DNA of 64,000 bases from Gemmatimonadota bacterium (GCA_039586795.1 JBDHJS010000011.1:70793-134792), one strand, 5' to 3'. Shown: positions 39,224-49,471, counted from the first letter of the stretch. Numbers and translations are program-made. Notes: generated from the letters alone by a model not told the origin.

Positions 39224-40279
39224 CTACGCCCACAAGTCTCCCAGCGTGAACCCTTCCGGGAACGGATCCTCCGCATCCAGCACGTATTGCGCGATCCCGC
39301 TGATCCACGCCCGGCCCGTGAGTGTCGGAACGATCGCCTTGTACGAACCAAGCTCCGTCTCTTTGATGATGCGACCGGTGAAGATCGTTCCCAGCGGTCC
39401 TTCGTGATGAAAGTCTTCGCCGACGCCCAGGGCGCCGCGGGCATGCAGCGTCGCCATCTTGGCACACGTCCCCGTGCCGCACGGCGAGCGATCGAGGGCG
39501 CCGGCCCACGTGTCGGGGCGGTTCCAGTCGACCGTGCCGGTGGACACGGTGACGGCGTTCTTCCAGCTCGCGTTTGGTGCGCTGGGCGGGCCCGAAAGCT
39601 GGGAGATCGATACGCCGGAGATTTCAGGGTTCTCCGGATGAACGGCGGGTAGCTGCTCTCGAGCCGCGGCCGTAAGCATCGCGCCGACCCGCGCGATCTC
39701 TCCACCTTCATCTGGAACCAGCTCAAGCCCGAACTGATCGGCGCTGGCGATGACGTAGAACATACCGCCGTAAGCGACGTCGACTTTTACTAACCCAAGA
39801 GTCGGTACATCCAGCTCAGCATCCAGATGAACGGCGAAGGCCGGCACGTTCTCGAAGGTCACGCTCTTCACTTTGCCGTTGGCGACCTCAGCGCGGATCG
39901 GGATCAAGCCGGCCGGAGCCTCGAGCAACAACTCGGTGATCGGTTCCGAGACCGGGACCATCCCGGTCTCGATGAGCACCGTCGCCACGCAGATCGTGTT
40001 GCTCCCCGACATCACCGGGTACTCGGTCTGCTCCATGATGACGAAGCCGGCGTCGGCGTCCGGGTGGGTGGGCGGCAGCACCAGGTTGCAGCACAGCGCC
40101 GGATAGCCTCGCGGCTCCCGCAGCATTCGCAAGCGCAGCTCGTCGGCCTGGCTCTCCAGGTAGACCTTCTTTTCGAACATCGTAGCACCCGGAACATCCA
40201 CCACGCCTCCGATGATGACCCGCCCGGGCTCGCCGCAGGCATGGGCATCGACGGCAGTGATCATATTAGAGAGACGCAT
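39224..40279 (-). CDS. Proline racemase family protein (Ser/Cys dyad)
   Basis: DAHACGEPGR, EPRG, MSGSNT, DVAYGG, DRSPCGTGT; RBS GAGG before ATG 40279. Confidence 0.9.
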   Translation of the reverse strand: MRLSNMITAVDAHACGEPGRVIIGGVVDVPGATMFEKKVYLESQADELRLRMLREPRGYPALCCNLVLPPTHPDADAGFVIMEQTEYPVMSGSNTICVATVLIETGMVPVSEPITELLLEAPAGLIPIRAEVANGKVKSVTFENVPAFAVHLDAELDVPTLGLVKVDVAYGGMFYVIASADQFGLELVPDEGGEIARVGAMLTAAAREQLPAVHPENPEISGVSISQLSGPPSAPNASWKNAVTVSTGTVDWNRPDTWAGALDRSPCGTGTCAKMATLHARGALGVGEDFHHEGPLGTIFTGRIIKETELGSYKAIVPTLTGRAWISGIAQYVLDAEDPFPEGFTLGDLWA

Positions 40280-40633
40280 CGCAACCTCATTGCGTGGGTT
40301 CCCATGTGCCAAATAGTCTGCTGGACTCGCGCTTAAGATGCCCTTCGTCCCCGATCCGGCAATAAGCCCCCTTGTTGGGCGCTCTGCCAGAGCTGCTGAC
40401 CCCAGAATCCCCATCATATAAAGCTTTTCGGCTGTCGCCGTGGCCGCGGCATCAACGGTTTTGGCCTCGAGTGCATCTAATAGTCAGAAACAGGGCAGAT
40501 GATGGCTCGCTGGAACCCCGTTCTGAGCCGATTCGTAGTGATAGTAGAAAACCGTGAAACCGCAGGAGAATCGTTGTGTCTGAACTAAGCTGGCTTTTCT
40601 GGGTGCTGTTGCTGGCTCTCTACGCAGAGAGCT

Positions 40634-40766
40634 GGGGCCGTGCCTGGGCAATGCACAGTCGAGACTCGGAGGCCCGCACCTCCGAAGGGAGATTTCGATC
40701 GGAATAGCTCGACGGTAGGCATGCCCAGCCGCCCCGCGCGCCCGCTTCCCCCATGCGGGCAGGCGC
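40634..40766. ncRNA. Unassigned multi-stem structured element
   Basis: Nested pairs GGGGC/GCCCC, CTGGGCA.TGC/GCATGCCCAG, GTCGAG/CTCGAC; inner CGGAGG/CCTCCG; trailing GCCCGC/GCGGGC hairpin. Confidence 0.3.
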
Positions 40767-40849
40767 CATATCTGATCTTCTTCATAGCCCAATGCCGTAT
40801 TCGTCCGTCGACTTTCGACGGTCGACGCACTACGTCCGCCGGTCGTTAT

Positions 40850-41032
40850 CTATTTCGACAGCCGACAGCGGACAGCCGCGTACCCGCGACCGAGGACAGT
40901 TCGGCGACCGACGTTCGACTTTCGATGTACGTCGTGCGACTGTCGCTCGATGTGAGTCGGGCGTCGGGCGTCGGTCGCCGAACAGGACTCGAGCGTCGGT
41001 ACGCGGCTGTCGGCTGTTGGCTGTCGAAATAG
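40850..41032. repeat. ~183-bp palindromic REP/MITE-like element, copy 1
   Basis: Terminal inverted arms CTATTTCGACAGCC(G/A)ACAGC(G/C)GACAGCCGCGTACC with CCGACAG heptamers. Confidence 0.85.
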
Positions 41033-41076
41033 TGCAGTCCATTTGACACATCTTCCCTTCAAACCCATCCTGCGGA

Positions 41077-41677
41077 GTGCACACCCAGCCCGATCTCAAG
41101 CGGAGCCTGACAAAATTCGACTCGATGATGATGATGGTCGGAATCGTCATCGGCCCCGGCATCTTCCTCACCACTGGCATCATGGCGCAAAGCATCCCGT
41201 CGGCGCCGCTCCTGATGCTGGCCTGGCTGGTCGGGGGCCTCGTCACTCTCGCCGGCGCTTTGACGTTCGCCGAGCTGGGCGCCGCGATGCCGCACGCCGG
41301 CGGACAATACGTCTACCTGCGTGCAGGCCATCTAGGCCGGCGCCCTCACCCTCACCGGCTCGTACGAACAACTCTTCACCTACGTCGTCTTCGTCTCGTT
41401 GATTTTCTGGATCGCCGCCATCGCCGCCGTCTTCGTTCTCCGAAAGCGCCGGCCCGAGATGCCGCGACCTTATCGGACCTGGGGCTATCCCGTGGTCCCC
41501 ATCGTGTTCATCGCGACGTCGGCGGCTATCCTCATCAACACGCTGTTCGCCCGACCGGCGGAATCGTTGGCCGGGCTGGGTCTCACGCTGCTTGGCGTGC
41601 CCGCCTACCACTACTGGCGGAGCCGATCGAATCGGTCCGCCACCAACGACTCGAGAAGCCAAGATGCTCAGACATGA
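41077..41677 (+). pseudogene. APC amino-acid permease remnant with a large internal deletion
   Basis: N-terminus (VIGPGIF, FAELGAAMPHAGGQYVYL) joined out of frame to the C-terminus (I*AGALTLTGSYEQLFTY..RPYRTWGYP); about 600 bp versus about 1.35 kb expected. Confidence 0.85.
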
Positions 41678-42476
41678 AGCTGACCGACTGACCCGCGTCG
41701 TCGTCTCGACACCTGGCGACGCCTACTTCGATGTGACGACCCACGAGGGCGCCAACATCCCGGAGCTGGCGGACCGCGAACTGACCATCCAGCAACACAA
41801 TAAGCTGAAGGCACTGATGGCCGAGTTCGGGTGCGAGGTGATCGATGTGCCGGAGCTGGCGAACGATCCAAACTCCGTCTTCACGCGGGACGTAGCGCTG
41901 TGCACGCCCGAAGGTCACATCAAGCTGCGCATGGGGCTGGAAGCGCGCCGCGGCGAGGAAACGTGGATGTCCGAGGCGCTGGAAAAGATCGGTGAGCCGT
42001 GCGTCGGCGTCATCGATGAGCCCGGCGCCGTGGAAGGCGGCGATGTCGTGCTCGCCGGGGAGGTCGCGTTCGTCGGCCTCTCGCGACGCACCAACACCGA
42101 AGGCGGCTGGCAGATCTCCGGCATGCTCGCCGACATGGGCTATGAAGTGCGCACCGCCTACCTGCCGAACGAGTACATGCACATCGGCGGCCCGATGAGC
42201 GTCATCGGTAAGGAACGCATTCTCTGCTGCCGCGACGTCTTTCCCGACGGCTACTTCGACGGCTTCGAGACGATCGAGGTCGCCTCCGAGGGCCCATCCA
42301 CCGGCAACGTCATATGCCTTGGCGAGAACGAGGTGATCGCGAATGGCTCAGATAACGAGCTGGTCTGCCAGGTGCTTGAAACGCATGGCGTAACCGTGCA
42401 TCGCCTCGACCTCTCCGAATTCCGCAAAGGAGCCGGTGGCCCAACGTGTCTTATTCTGCCTGTTGAGAGGAAATGA
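41664..42476 (+). CDS. Amidinotransferase superfamily enzyme (DDAH/arginine deiminase-like)
   Basis: FTRD, EGGDV, GLSRRTN, MH, GGPTCL (catalytic Cys). Confidence 0.88.
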   Translation: MLRHEADRLTRVVVSTPGDAYFDVTTHEGANIPELADRELTIQQHNKLKALMAEFGCEVIDVPELANDPNSVFTRDVALCTPEGHIKLRMGLEARRGEETWMSEALEKIGEPCVGVIDEPGAVEGGDVVLAGEVAFVGLSRRTNTEGGWQISGMLADMGYEVRTAYLPNEYMHIGGPMSVIGKERILCCRDVFPDGYFDGFETIEVASEGPSTGNVICLGENEVIANGSDNELVCQVLETHGVTVHRLDLSEFRKGAGGPTCLILPVERK

Positions 42477-42479
42477 AGA

Positions 42480-42684
42480 GGACCTAGCGGTCATCTGGAC
42501 AGCCAACAGCCGACAGCCGCGTACCAACGACCGAGGACAATTCCGCGACCGACGCCCGACTCACGACTCTCATCGTCCGGCAGTCGCACGACGAACATCG
42601 AGAGTCGAACGTCGATCGCCGAATTGTCCTCGAACGTCGAGCGGCAGCTGTCGGCTGTCCGCTGTCGAAATGACCGCCAGGTCC
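42480..42684. repeat. Palindromic REP/MITE-like element, copy 2 (inverted relative to copy 1)
   Basis: Matches the reverse complement of 40850-41032 including the internal CAGTCGCACGACG.ACATCGA.AGTCGAACGTCG; fills the gap between two convergent stops. Confidence 0.85.
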
Positions 42685-43983
42685 CTATTCCGAGGACTTA
42701 ACCGTAATCGTCTCCAGCCCATGCGCGTGTGGCCCGCGCTCTTCTTTGCGAAGCATCCAGGCAAAGAAGAACCCCAAGAAGCCGAGAATCGAGAAGATCC
42801 ACATGCCTAACGCATAGCCACCCGGATTTTCCGGCCCGGCCACAGAGTAGTCGTTTGCCCAGCCTATCATGAAGTTGAACCCCGCCAGCCCGATGTTCTG
42901 GATCATCGTCATCAAGCCGTAGGCGGTACCCAGCTTCCCTTCCTCCACAATGTAGGCAACGCTCGGCCACATGATCGCCGGCACCAGGGAGAACGCGATC
43001 CCCATCGTCGCCATCGGCACGAGCAACGGTACCTGCGTATACGCCATGATCAGGTAGATGGGCACGAGCAGCAGCGAGCCGAACATCATGAACAGCGAGC
43101 GCTTGCCGATCCGATCCACCATATAGCCGAAGATCGGCGTGAAGATCATCGCGAACAGCGTGATTAGGCTGGATAACCAACCGGCGTATTCACGCGTCGT
43201 GCCGTGCGCATCCTGGAAGAACTTGATCGCGAAAGTCTGGAACGGGAAGATCGCCGAGTAGAACGTCACGCACAGCATGACCACCCACAAGTACGACTTC
43301 CCGAATTTGAAGATGTCGGCGAAGACGATCTTGTCCGTCTCCCCGGCTTCTCCCATGTCGTACTGGGCCGTCGCCTTGTCCTCCATCACCCAGTAGACGA
43401 CGGCGCCGACGATGCAGAACGTGGCAAGCGCAACCGAGATCAGCAGCGGCCACTGCCAGTTCGAGTACGCACGCTCCGCCCACGTCGGTGAGTTGAGCGC
43501 CGCGAACGAGCCGAACCGCGCAATCGTCAGGTTGACGCCGAACGCGAAGCTCAGCTCCTTGCCCTTGAACCAGCGGGCGATCGCGCAGGTGACCGAGACG
43601 ATCAACGATTCGGCGCCGATTCCAAAGATCAGCCGCCCCGTCGCCATCACCGCCAGGCTACCGGTCGCCGCCGTCACCGCCGCCCCCACGAAACAGAGGA
43701 CGCCGAACACCATCGTCGCCTTCTTCACGCCGATGCGATCGATGATGATGCCGCCGATCAACACCATGATGACGTTCGGCACGCTGTAGATCGCGTTCAG
43801 CAACCCGATGTTCTTGTCCGAGAACCCGAGCTGATCCCTCAGCAAATCGGCGATCGGGCTGATCGCGTCGTACACGTAGTAGTTGCCGAACATTGCCAGG
43901 CTGATCACGACCAGCACCGCCCAGCGGTAGAACATCGGCGCCTGCGGCTTCTCCACGTACGGCATCGTCTCCGGTTCAGTCAT
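42685..43983 (-). CDS. MFS transporter
   Basis: 12-TM pattern; GGIIIDRIGVK and GYMVDRIGKR motif A; GRLIFGIGAES. Confidence 0.92.
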   Translation of the reverse strand: MTEPETMPYVEKPQAPMFYRWAVLVVISLAMFGNYYVYDAISPIADLLRDQLGFSDKNIGLLNAIYSVPNVIMVLIGGIIIDRIGVKKATMVFGVLCFVGAAVTAATGSLAVMATGRLIFGIGAESLIVSVTCAIARWFKGKELSFAFGVNLTIARFGSFAALNSPTWAERAYSNWQWPLLISVALATFCIVGAVVYWVMEDKATAQYDMGEAGETDKIVFADIFKFGKSYLWVVMLCVTFYSAIFPFQTFAIKFFQDAHGTTREYAGWLSSLITLFAMIFTPIFGYMVDRIGKRSLFMMFGSLLLVPIYLIMAYTQVPLLVPMATMGIAFSLVPAIMWPSVAYIVEEGKLGTAYGLMTMIQNIGLAGFNFMIGWANDYSVAGPENPGGYALGMWIFSILGFLGFFFAWMLRKEERGPHAHGLETITVKSSE

Positions 43984-44169
43984 TCGGGCGACTCCCTAGA
44001 GTACAACCGCTAACGGCGGTTTTCGGTACCAGTTCGCATACTGCAACGCGCGAGACCAGGCGACATAATGGCCCGATCAGGGCCGTGGATCAATCCACCA
44101 AGCCGGGTGGGAGTGGGGCCGGTGATCCGGTGGTAGTGTACGGGGTTCAAAGTCGCTACCATAGACGCG

Positions 44170-45231
44170 ATGAGCGCCGAGATGCACGACCGCATCCTGG
44201 CCATCCTCTCGTCCCGCCCGGTTACTGAAGATACAGGTGAGGAGATTGGGCGGTCCCGAGAGGGGCGGCCGATACACGCGTGGCGACTGGGCAGCGGTTC
44301 ACGCCGCGTCAGCCTGCTCGCCGGTTGCCATGCCGACGAGCCCGTTGGACCACGCCTGCTCCGTCACTTCGCTAGCTACCTCACCGGGCTTCAGGAAGAC
44401 GATCCGCTGCGCGCCGACTACGAGTGGTGGATCGTTCCGCACATCAACCCGGACGGCGCGGAGCGCAATCGAAGCTGGCAAATCGAGACCGCCGTCTTCT
44501 ATGACCTGCCGGAGTACCTGACCGACGTCGTTCGTGAGTTGCCCGGCGACGATATTGAGTTCTGTTTCCCGCGCGACTCCGATGATGATGGTGCGCGCCC
44601 GGAGAACCGTGCGGTCTATGATTGGTGGCGTAGCGCGAAGGGAGAGTTCGACCTTCACGTCTCGCTCCACGGGATGGGCTTCGCGGCAGGACCCTGGTTC
44701 TTGATCGAACCGGAGTGGAAGGACCGCTGCGCACTGCTCAAAGAGACGTGCGCCGCACGCGTTCACGAGTTGGGCTACACGCTCCACGATGTAGAGCGCC
44801 AGGGCGAAAAGGGATTCTTCCGGATCGAGCGCGGCTTCTCCACGCGACCCGACTCCCGCTTCATGCGTGAGTACTTCATCGAGCAAGGTAATCAGGAGAC
44901 GGCCGACCTGTTCCGGCCCAGCTCGATGGAAACGGTACGATCCATGGGCGGCGATACCCTCACGCTGGTCTCCGAGATGCCGCTGTTCATCACGTCGGGC
45001 GTCGGCGAACGCATCGGCCCGCCCGACGCCGTAGCCGATCTGTGGAAAACGCGGATCGAAGAGTGGCGAGCGCAGCTGGCCGAAGACGGCGACCCCAAGA
45101 CCGTCGCCGCGGAGGCGGCCGCCCAAGGGCTCCGAGCCATGCCGGTGCACGACCAGATGGCACTGCAGTGGACGTTCATCGTGGCCGGAATCGAACAACT
45201 GGAAGACGCAGGCGTCTGGAATAACGACTAG
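44170..45231 (+). CDS. M14 zinc carboxypeptidase family protein
   Basis: IGRSREGRPI, GCHADEP (HxxE), PHINPDG, SLH. Confidence 0.85.
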   Translation: MSAEMHDRILAILSSRPVTEDTGEEIGRSREGRPIHAWRLGSGSRRVSLLAGCHADEPVGPRLLRHFASYLTGLQEDDPLRADYEWWIVPHINPDGAERNRSWQIETAVFYDLPEYLTDVVRELPGDDIEFCFPRDSDDDGARPENRAVYDWWRSAKGEFDLHVSLHGMGFAAGPWFLIEPEWKDRCALLKETCAARVHELGYTLHDVERQGEKGFFRIERGFSTRPDSRFMREYFIEQGNQETADLFRPSSMETVRSMGGDTLTLVSEMPLFITSGVGERIGPPDAVADLWKTRIEEWRAQLAEDGDPKTVAAEAAAQGLRAMPVHDQMALQWTFIVAGIEQLEDAGVWNND

Positions 45232-45275
45232 TCCCCCGCTATACTCCCGGCGCACCGGCACACCGGGAGGCCATC

Positions 45276-46586
45276 CTGCAGCTCACAAACGCCAAGATCG
45301 CCAGGTTCTGGGCGCCGCTCGCCGCGACCTGGCTGATGATGGCGATCGAGGGTCCGTTCCTCGCCGCCGTCATCGCCCGGCTGCCCGACCCGAAGTTCAA
45401 CCTGGCCGCCTACGGCGTCGCTTTCGCCTTCGCCATCCTGGTGGAGTCGCCGATCATCATGATCATGAGCGCCTCCACGGCGCTGGCCGAGGATGAGGTC
45501 AGCTTCCGCCGGCTCCGCGCCTTCACCTACATCGGCAACGGGATCATCACCGGCATCATGCTTCTTGTATTGGTGCCGGCAATCTTCAACTTCGTCGCGC
45601 TGACTTTGATCGGCCTGCCCCAGGAAGTCGCTCAGCTCACCTACTGGTCGCTCTGGTTACTGCTCCCCTGGCCCGGCGCCATCGGCTATCGCCGCTTCTT
45701 CCAGGGCACGCTGATCCGCGATGGTCGCACCCGCCTGGTCGCCTACGGCACGGTGATCCGTCTGACGGGGATGGGGGTGACGGCTCTCATCATCTACTTC
45801 ACGCTATCGCCGCCTGGCGCGTTTCTCGGAGCGGCAGCTCTATCCGTCGGCGTCTGTGCCGAGGCAATCGCCGCGCGACTCATGGCGCAAGGAACGGTTC
45901 GCCGGCTCCTCGATACGCCCCGCGAGTCCACGGAGCCCATCGACTACCGACGCATCTTCGTGTTCTACTATCCGCTGGCGTTGACCTCGATGATCGGGTT
46001 GGCCGTTCACCCCATGGTCACATTCTTCATGGGGCGAGCCCGCTTCCCCGTGGAGTCGCTGGCGGTGTTACCGGTAGTCAACTCGCTGTCATTCATCTTC
46101 CGAGCCATGGGACTCAGCTTTCAGGAAGTTGGCATCGCGCTCATGGGCAAGGGATTCGAGCACGCGAAGGAGTTGGCTCGCTTTGCCGTCGGACTCGGGC
46201 TGGCGTCTACTGCCGCGATGGTGCTCATCGCTTACACCCCGTTGGCGCATGTCTGGTATGAAACGATATCGGGCCTGAGTCTCGAGCTCAGCGCCTTCGC
46301 CATTCCGCCGACGCGGATTCTTGTACCGCTGCCGTTCCTGTCGGTGATCCTATCGTATCAGCGCGGCATCCTGGTGCAGGGTCGGAGGACCGGACATATC
46401 ACGGTAGCGACGGCGATAGAGGTCGGTGGAATACTGCTGGTGCTGGCGGCGCTCATCGGATGGGTCGGGGTGGTCGGGGCGACCGCGGCCGCCATCGCGT
46501 TCCTGGCCGGGCGGCTGGGCGGCAACGTCTACCTGGTAAAGCCCTGCGCGAATTTGCTGCTCAGAAGCAAGGGGTCCAACGGCTAG
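45276..46586 (+). CDS. MATE/MurJ/ANKH-like multi-TM exporter (probable CTG start)
   Basis: Two-repeat membrane protein (FWAPLAAT.. / FYYPLALT..); the first helix lies upstream of ATG 45336; GGGAGG sits 5 nt before an in-frame CTG. Confidence 0.75.
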   Translation: MQLTNAKIARFWAPLAATWLMMAIEGPFLAAVIARLPDPKFNLAAYGVAFAFAILVESPIIMIMSASTALAEDEVSFRRLRAFTYIGNGIITGIMLLVLVPAIFNFVALTLIGLPQEVAQLTYWSLWLLLPWPGAIGYRRFFQGTLIRDGRTRLVAYGTVIRLTGMGVTALIIYFTLSPPGAFLGAAALSVGVCAEAIAARLMAQGTVRRLLDTPRESTEPIDYRRIFVFYYPLALTSMIGLAVHPMVTFFMGRARFPVESLAVLPVVNSLSFIFRAMGLSFQEVGIALMGKGFEHAKELARFAVGLGLASTAAMVLIAYTPLAHVWYETISGLSLELSAFAIPPTRILVPLPFLSVILSYQRGILVQGRRTGHITVATAIEVGGILLVLAALIGWVGVVGATAAAIAFLAGRLGGNVYLVKPCANLLLRSKGSNG

Positions 46587-47041
46587 GGGTCGAGACTTGC
46601 CGCTCGACCACTCACCGTTATCCGCCCGATGGCCACGCCGGTCGTGGACGCGTCCGCCGCTCCCAAAAAACCCGGCTGCTTGCCACCTACACTTACCTCG
46701 ATCGTGCCGGGCCCCACGACACCCCGGTTCTGAGAATCAATGAACGATATCGCTCGCGCAGATACCTTGAAGGTGACTTCCCGGCTCTCTCCCGGTTCTA
46801 GCGATACGCGCCTGAACCCGGCGAGCGAACGAATGGGCGCCGGGTCCGATGCCTCAACGATGCTCACGTAGAGCTGCACGACCTCGTCGCCGGCCCGCGT
46901 TCCGGTGTTGGTCACCAGCACCGTGACTTCAACGTCGTCGCCGGCATCGATCTCGTCGGGCAACGCCAGCTCGGAATAGGCGAACGTCGTGTAGAGGAGG
47001 CCATGGCCAAACGGGAAGAGCGGCTGACCTTCGAAGTAGCG
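46583..47041 (-). pseudogene. Orphan 3' fragment of a GH3 gene (Fn3-like domain), diverged copy of 50212-50673
   Basis: RYFEGQPLFPFGHGL..EVVQLY..PIRSLAGF..EVSVGGKQPGF; no catalytic domain upstream. Confidence 0.88.
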
Positions 47042-47234
47042 GTCATTCTCCTTCAAAGCTACGCAACCTTTTCTTTGTGCTGGTTGTCCTAGTAGCCGTG
47101 GGGGTCCTGTGTGCTGGTCCCTTTGTCCCTGATTACGGACAGTTCCGTATGTCCTCAAGGTGAATGGTGTGCGCTGGCTGGCCGCCTAAGACATGCGAAG
47201 ACAGAAGACATTCATGCCAACAGATCTAACGCTA

Positions 47235-49082
47235 ATGAAGCGAATCCTGATTCTCTCGATGGTGCCGGGCGCCTTGCTTGTTGGCGCGCTGTCGGCGACA
47301 GCCCAAGTGCGTCTGACCTTTTCTCCTTCACCAGCACGTGCTGGGAGTGATGCCAAGGTTGTTTACATAGCCACGACCGACCTGGCGGCTCAGCCGTACT
47401 TGATCCTGCGTGGCCGGTATCGCACGCCGGACGCCGGATACCGACGAGTTGGAACGATCGTGCAAACTGCCGGGCGCCTGCTACCGAACTCAGCGGGCGT
47501 CTATGAAGGGACCATCTCCGTTCCAGATTTTGCCGTTTTCGCAGCCTTTGCGGTTGAGGACTCCACGGGTGAAATCATAGACGCCAACGATGGCAGATCA
47601 TTCGAACTCCTCTTCTCTGACGGCACGAGCATACACGAAGAATCGCTTCAACAGAGGGCTTACGAGCTGATGGACCGTTTCTGGCCCGAGGCGGTGGTGG
47701 CGCTCGAAGAGGCCGCGCAGGAGTTCCCCGACCACGCCTGGCGTTGGGCCATCTTGCGAGCCTCCATCATCGAGACGCCGGAAGCGCTGGAGTGGCACAA
47801 TCGGAAGTTCGAAGAGTTGGACGATCAATTATCACGCAGGGACTATCTGGAGGCCGATGACGTATCCGCGATGCAGCTGTACTCCGCGCTGACCGCGTCG
47901 ACCAGCCTATCGGAAGCCGACCCGGCTAGGCAGCGAGCAGTTTACTGGCATGAACGCCTCTTACGTGAGGCCCCCGGGCACATTCGCGCCGTCGACCTGC
48001 GCGTCCTCGACATCAACTGGCGTTACCGAGAAGATCCGCAACAGCGGCTGGCGGAGCTGGAGGCGATCTGGGAGCAGGTCGGTCCATCCCACCCGCGACT
48101 GTTCGACGCCGGGATTGCCGCTGCGGAAGCGAACGCTCGCGATGCGGACGTGATCCGTTGGGCGGACCGCTGGATCGCCGCTGATTCGACGCGCCTCACG
48201 CGCCTGTCGATCGCCTTGAGTCGCCGGTCCGGTACGCGTTCGTACGGCATGGATCTGCTTCGTACTGCTTTGTCGACGCTCCCAACCTCCATGGATACTC
48301 GACGAGACTTGCATGTCTCTCGGTCGCAGCAGGCGCGCCTCGACCTCTCCCCCCGGCGCCGTTTGCTGACGGCGCTCGGCCAGGCCCTCATCGCGGAGGG
48401 AAGTTTTGCGGCCGCGACTGACACGCTCCGTCTGGCGGCCGATGCAGGTTGGAGCGTTGATGCCGCAAGCGCGTATGCCCAGGCTCAACTCCAGGTAGGC
48501 GACAGTCTTGGCGCGGCGGTAACCCTGGCTCGCGTCGCCGTCGATCCGTTGGCCGATTCCGCCGCAGCCGATTCCGCTCGACTCCTCGCGTTGTCAGTAG
48601 TGGAGGTCTCCGAATGGAAAGAGAACCAGGCTGCGGCACGCCGGTTGTTCGTGCGTGAGATGATGGCCGACACCATAGGTACGCGAAGCGAGACCATCCG
48701 GGAGGCGCTGCCAGGCACTACAGCTGATGGGCTCGTGCTCGTCGTCTTCTGGTCCCACCGATGCGTCTACTCGCGGTCTGCCCTGCCCCGCTTGTTGAGA
48801 TCTCTGCAGCAGGGACCGCTGGCTGGCTTGCCGATGATCGCCGCGACTGGCGAACAGGACCCGGAAGGCGCCTACGAGTACGCGCGGGCCGTCGACCTGG
48901 CCCAGAGCGCCATCCTTCAGGACCAACGATACGAGCTGGCGAACGCGCTGAACGCGCAAGGCACGCCAGCCTTCGTGCTGATTCAGGGCGACCGGCAGCT
49001 GTTCGCGGCGACTTCGTCGCTACAGACAACCTCTCTCAGAGCGATCGCGGTCCTGCGGGCGTCCGAATGGGGCAGTGAATGA
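47235..49082 (+). CDS. Secreted protein with a helical-repeat middle and a C-terminal TlpA/thioredoxin-like domain (CxxS)
   Basis: Signal ending ATA-Q; VLVVFWSHRCVYS and GTPAFVLI (cis-Pro loop). Confidence 0.65.
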   Translation: MKRILILSMVPGALLVGALSATAQVRLTFSPSPARAGSDAKVVYIATTDLAAQPYLILRGRYRTPDAGYRRVGTIVQTAGRLLPNSAGVYEGTISVPDFAVFAAFAVEDSTGEIIDANDGRSFELLFSDGTSIHEESLQQRAYELMDRFWPEAVVALEEAAQEFPDHAWRWAILRASIIETPEALEWHNRKFEELDDQLSRRDYLEADDVSAMQLYSALTASTSLSEADPARQRAVYWHERLLREAPGHIRAVDLRVLDINWRYREDPQQRLAELEAIWEQVGPSHPRLFDAGIAAAEANARDADVIRWADRWIAADSTRLTRLSIALSRRSGTRSYGMDLLRTALSTLPTSMDTRRDLHVSRSQQARLDLSPRRRLLTALGQALIAEGSFAAATDTLRLAADAGWSVDAASAYAQAQLQVGDSLGAAVTLARVAVDPLADSAAADSARLLALSVVEVSEWKENQAAARRLFVREMMADTIGTRSETIREALPGTTADGLVLVVFWSHRCVYSRSALPRLLRSLQQGPLAGLPMIAATGEQDPEGAYEYARAVDLAQSAILQDQRYELANALNAQGTPAFVLIQGDRQLFAATSSLQTTSLRAIAVLRASEWGSE

Positions 49083-49164
49083 ACCTACGGTCCCTTGCCC
49101 GGCTCAGAAGCATGGTACCTGCCAACGCGGGATGGAGTCGAGCGGGGTAAGAACACCCGGCACG

Positions 49165-49471
49165 GAGCTCAGCGGTCGTCGCCGCTCCCACCCAGATCCT
49201 CGTCCCCCTGCCCTTCCTCTCGGTGATCCTATCCTATCAGAGAGGCATCCTGGTGCAGGGTCGGCGGACCGGTCACATCACGGTCGCCACGGCGATCGAG
49301 GTGGGTGGCATTCTGTTGATGTTGGCGGCACTCATCGGATGGGTCGACGTGATCGGAGCGACGGCGGCCGCCATCGCCTTCCTGTCCGGCCGGTTGGGCG
49401 GCAACCTCTACCTGGTGAAGCCCTGCGCGAACCAGTTGATCAGCCGCAGTCCAGTCGTCAGCGACCGCTGA
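49165..49471 (+). pseudogene. Orphan 3' fragment of the MATE-like gene (diverged copy of ~46284-46566)
   Basis: ILVPLPFLSVILSYQRGILVQGRRTGHITVATAIEVGG..GRLGGNLYLVKPCAN; many synonymous differences from the intact gene. Confidence 0.9.

Noticed and set aside
40850..42684. CRISPR array
   Set aside because: Repeats are palindromic heptamer runs without unique regular spacers; no cas genes in the window
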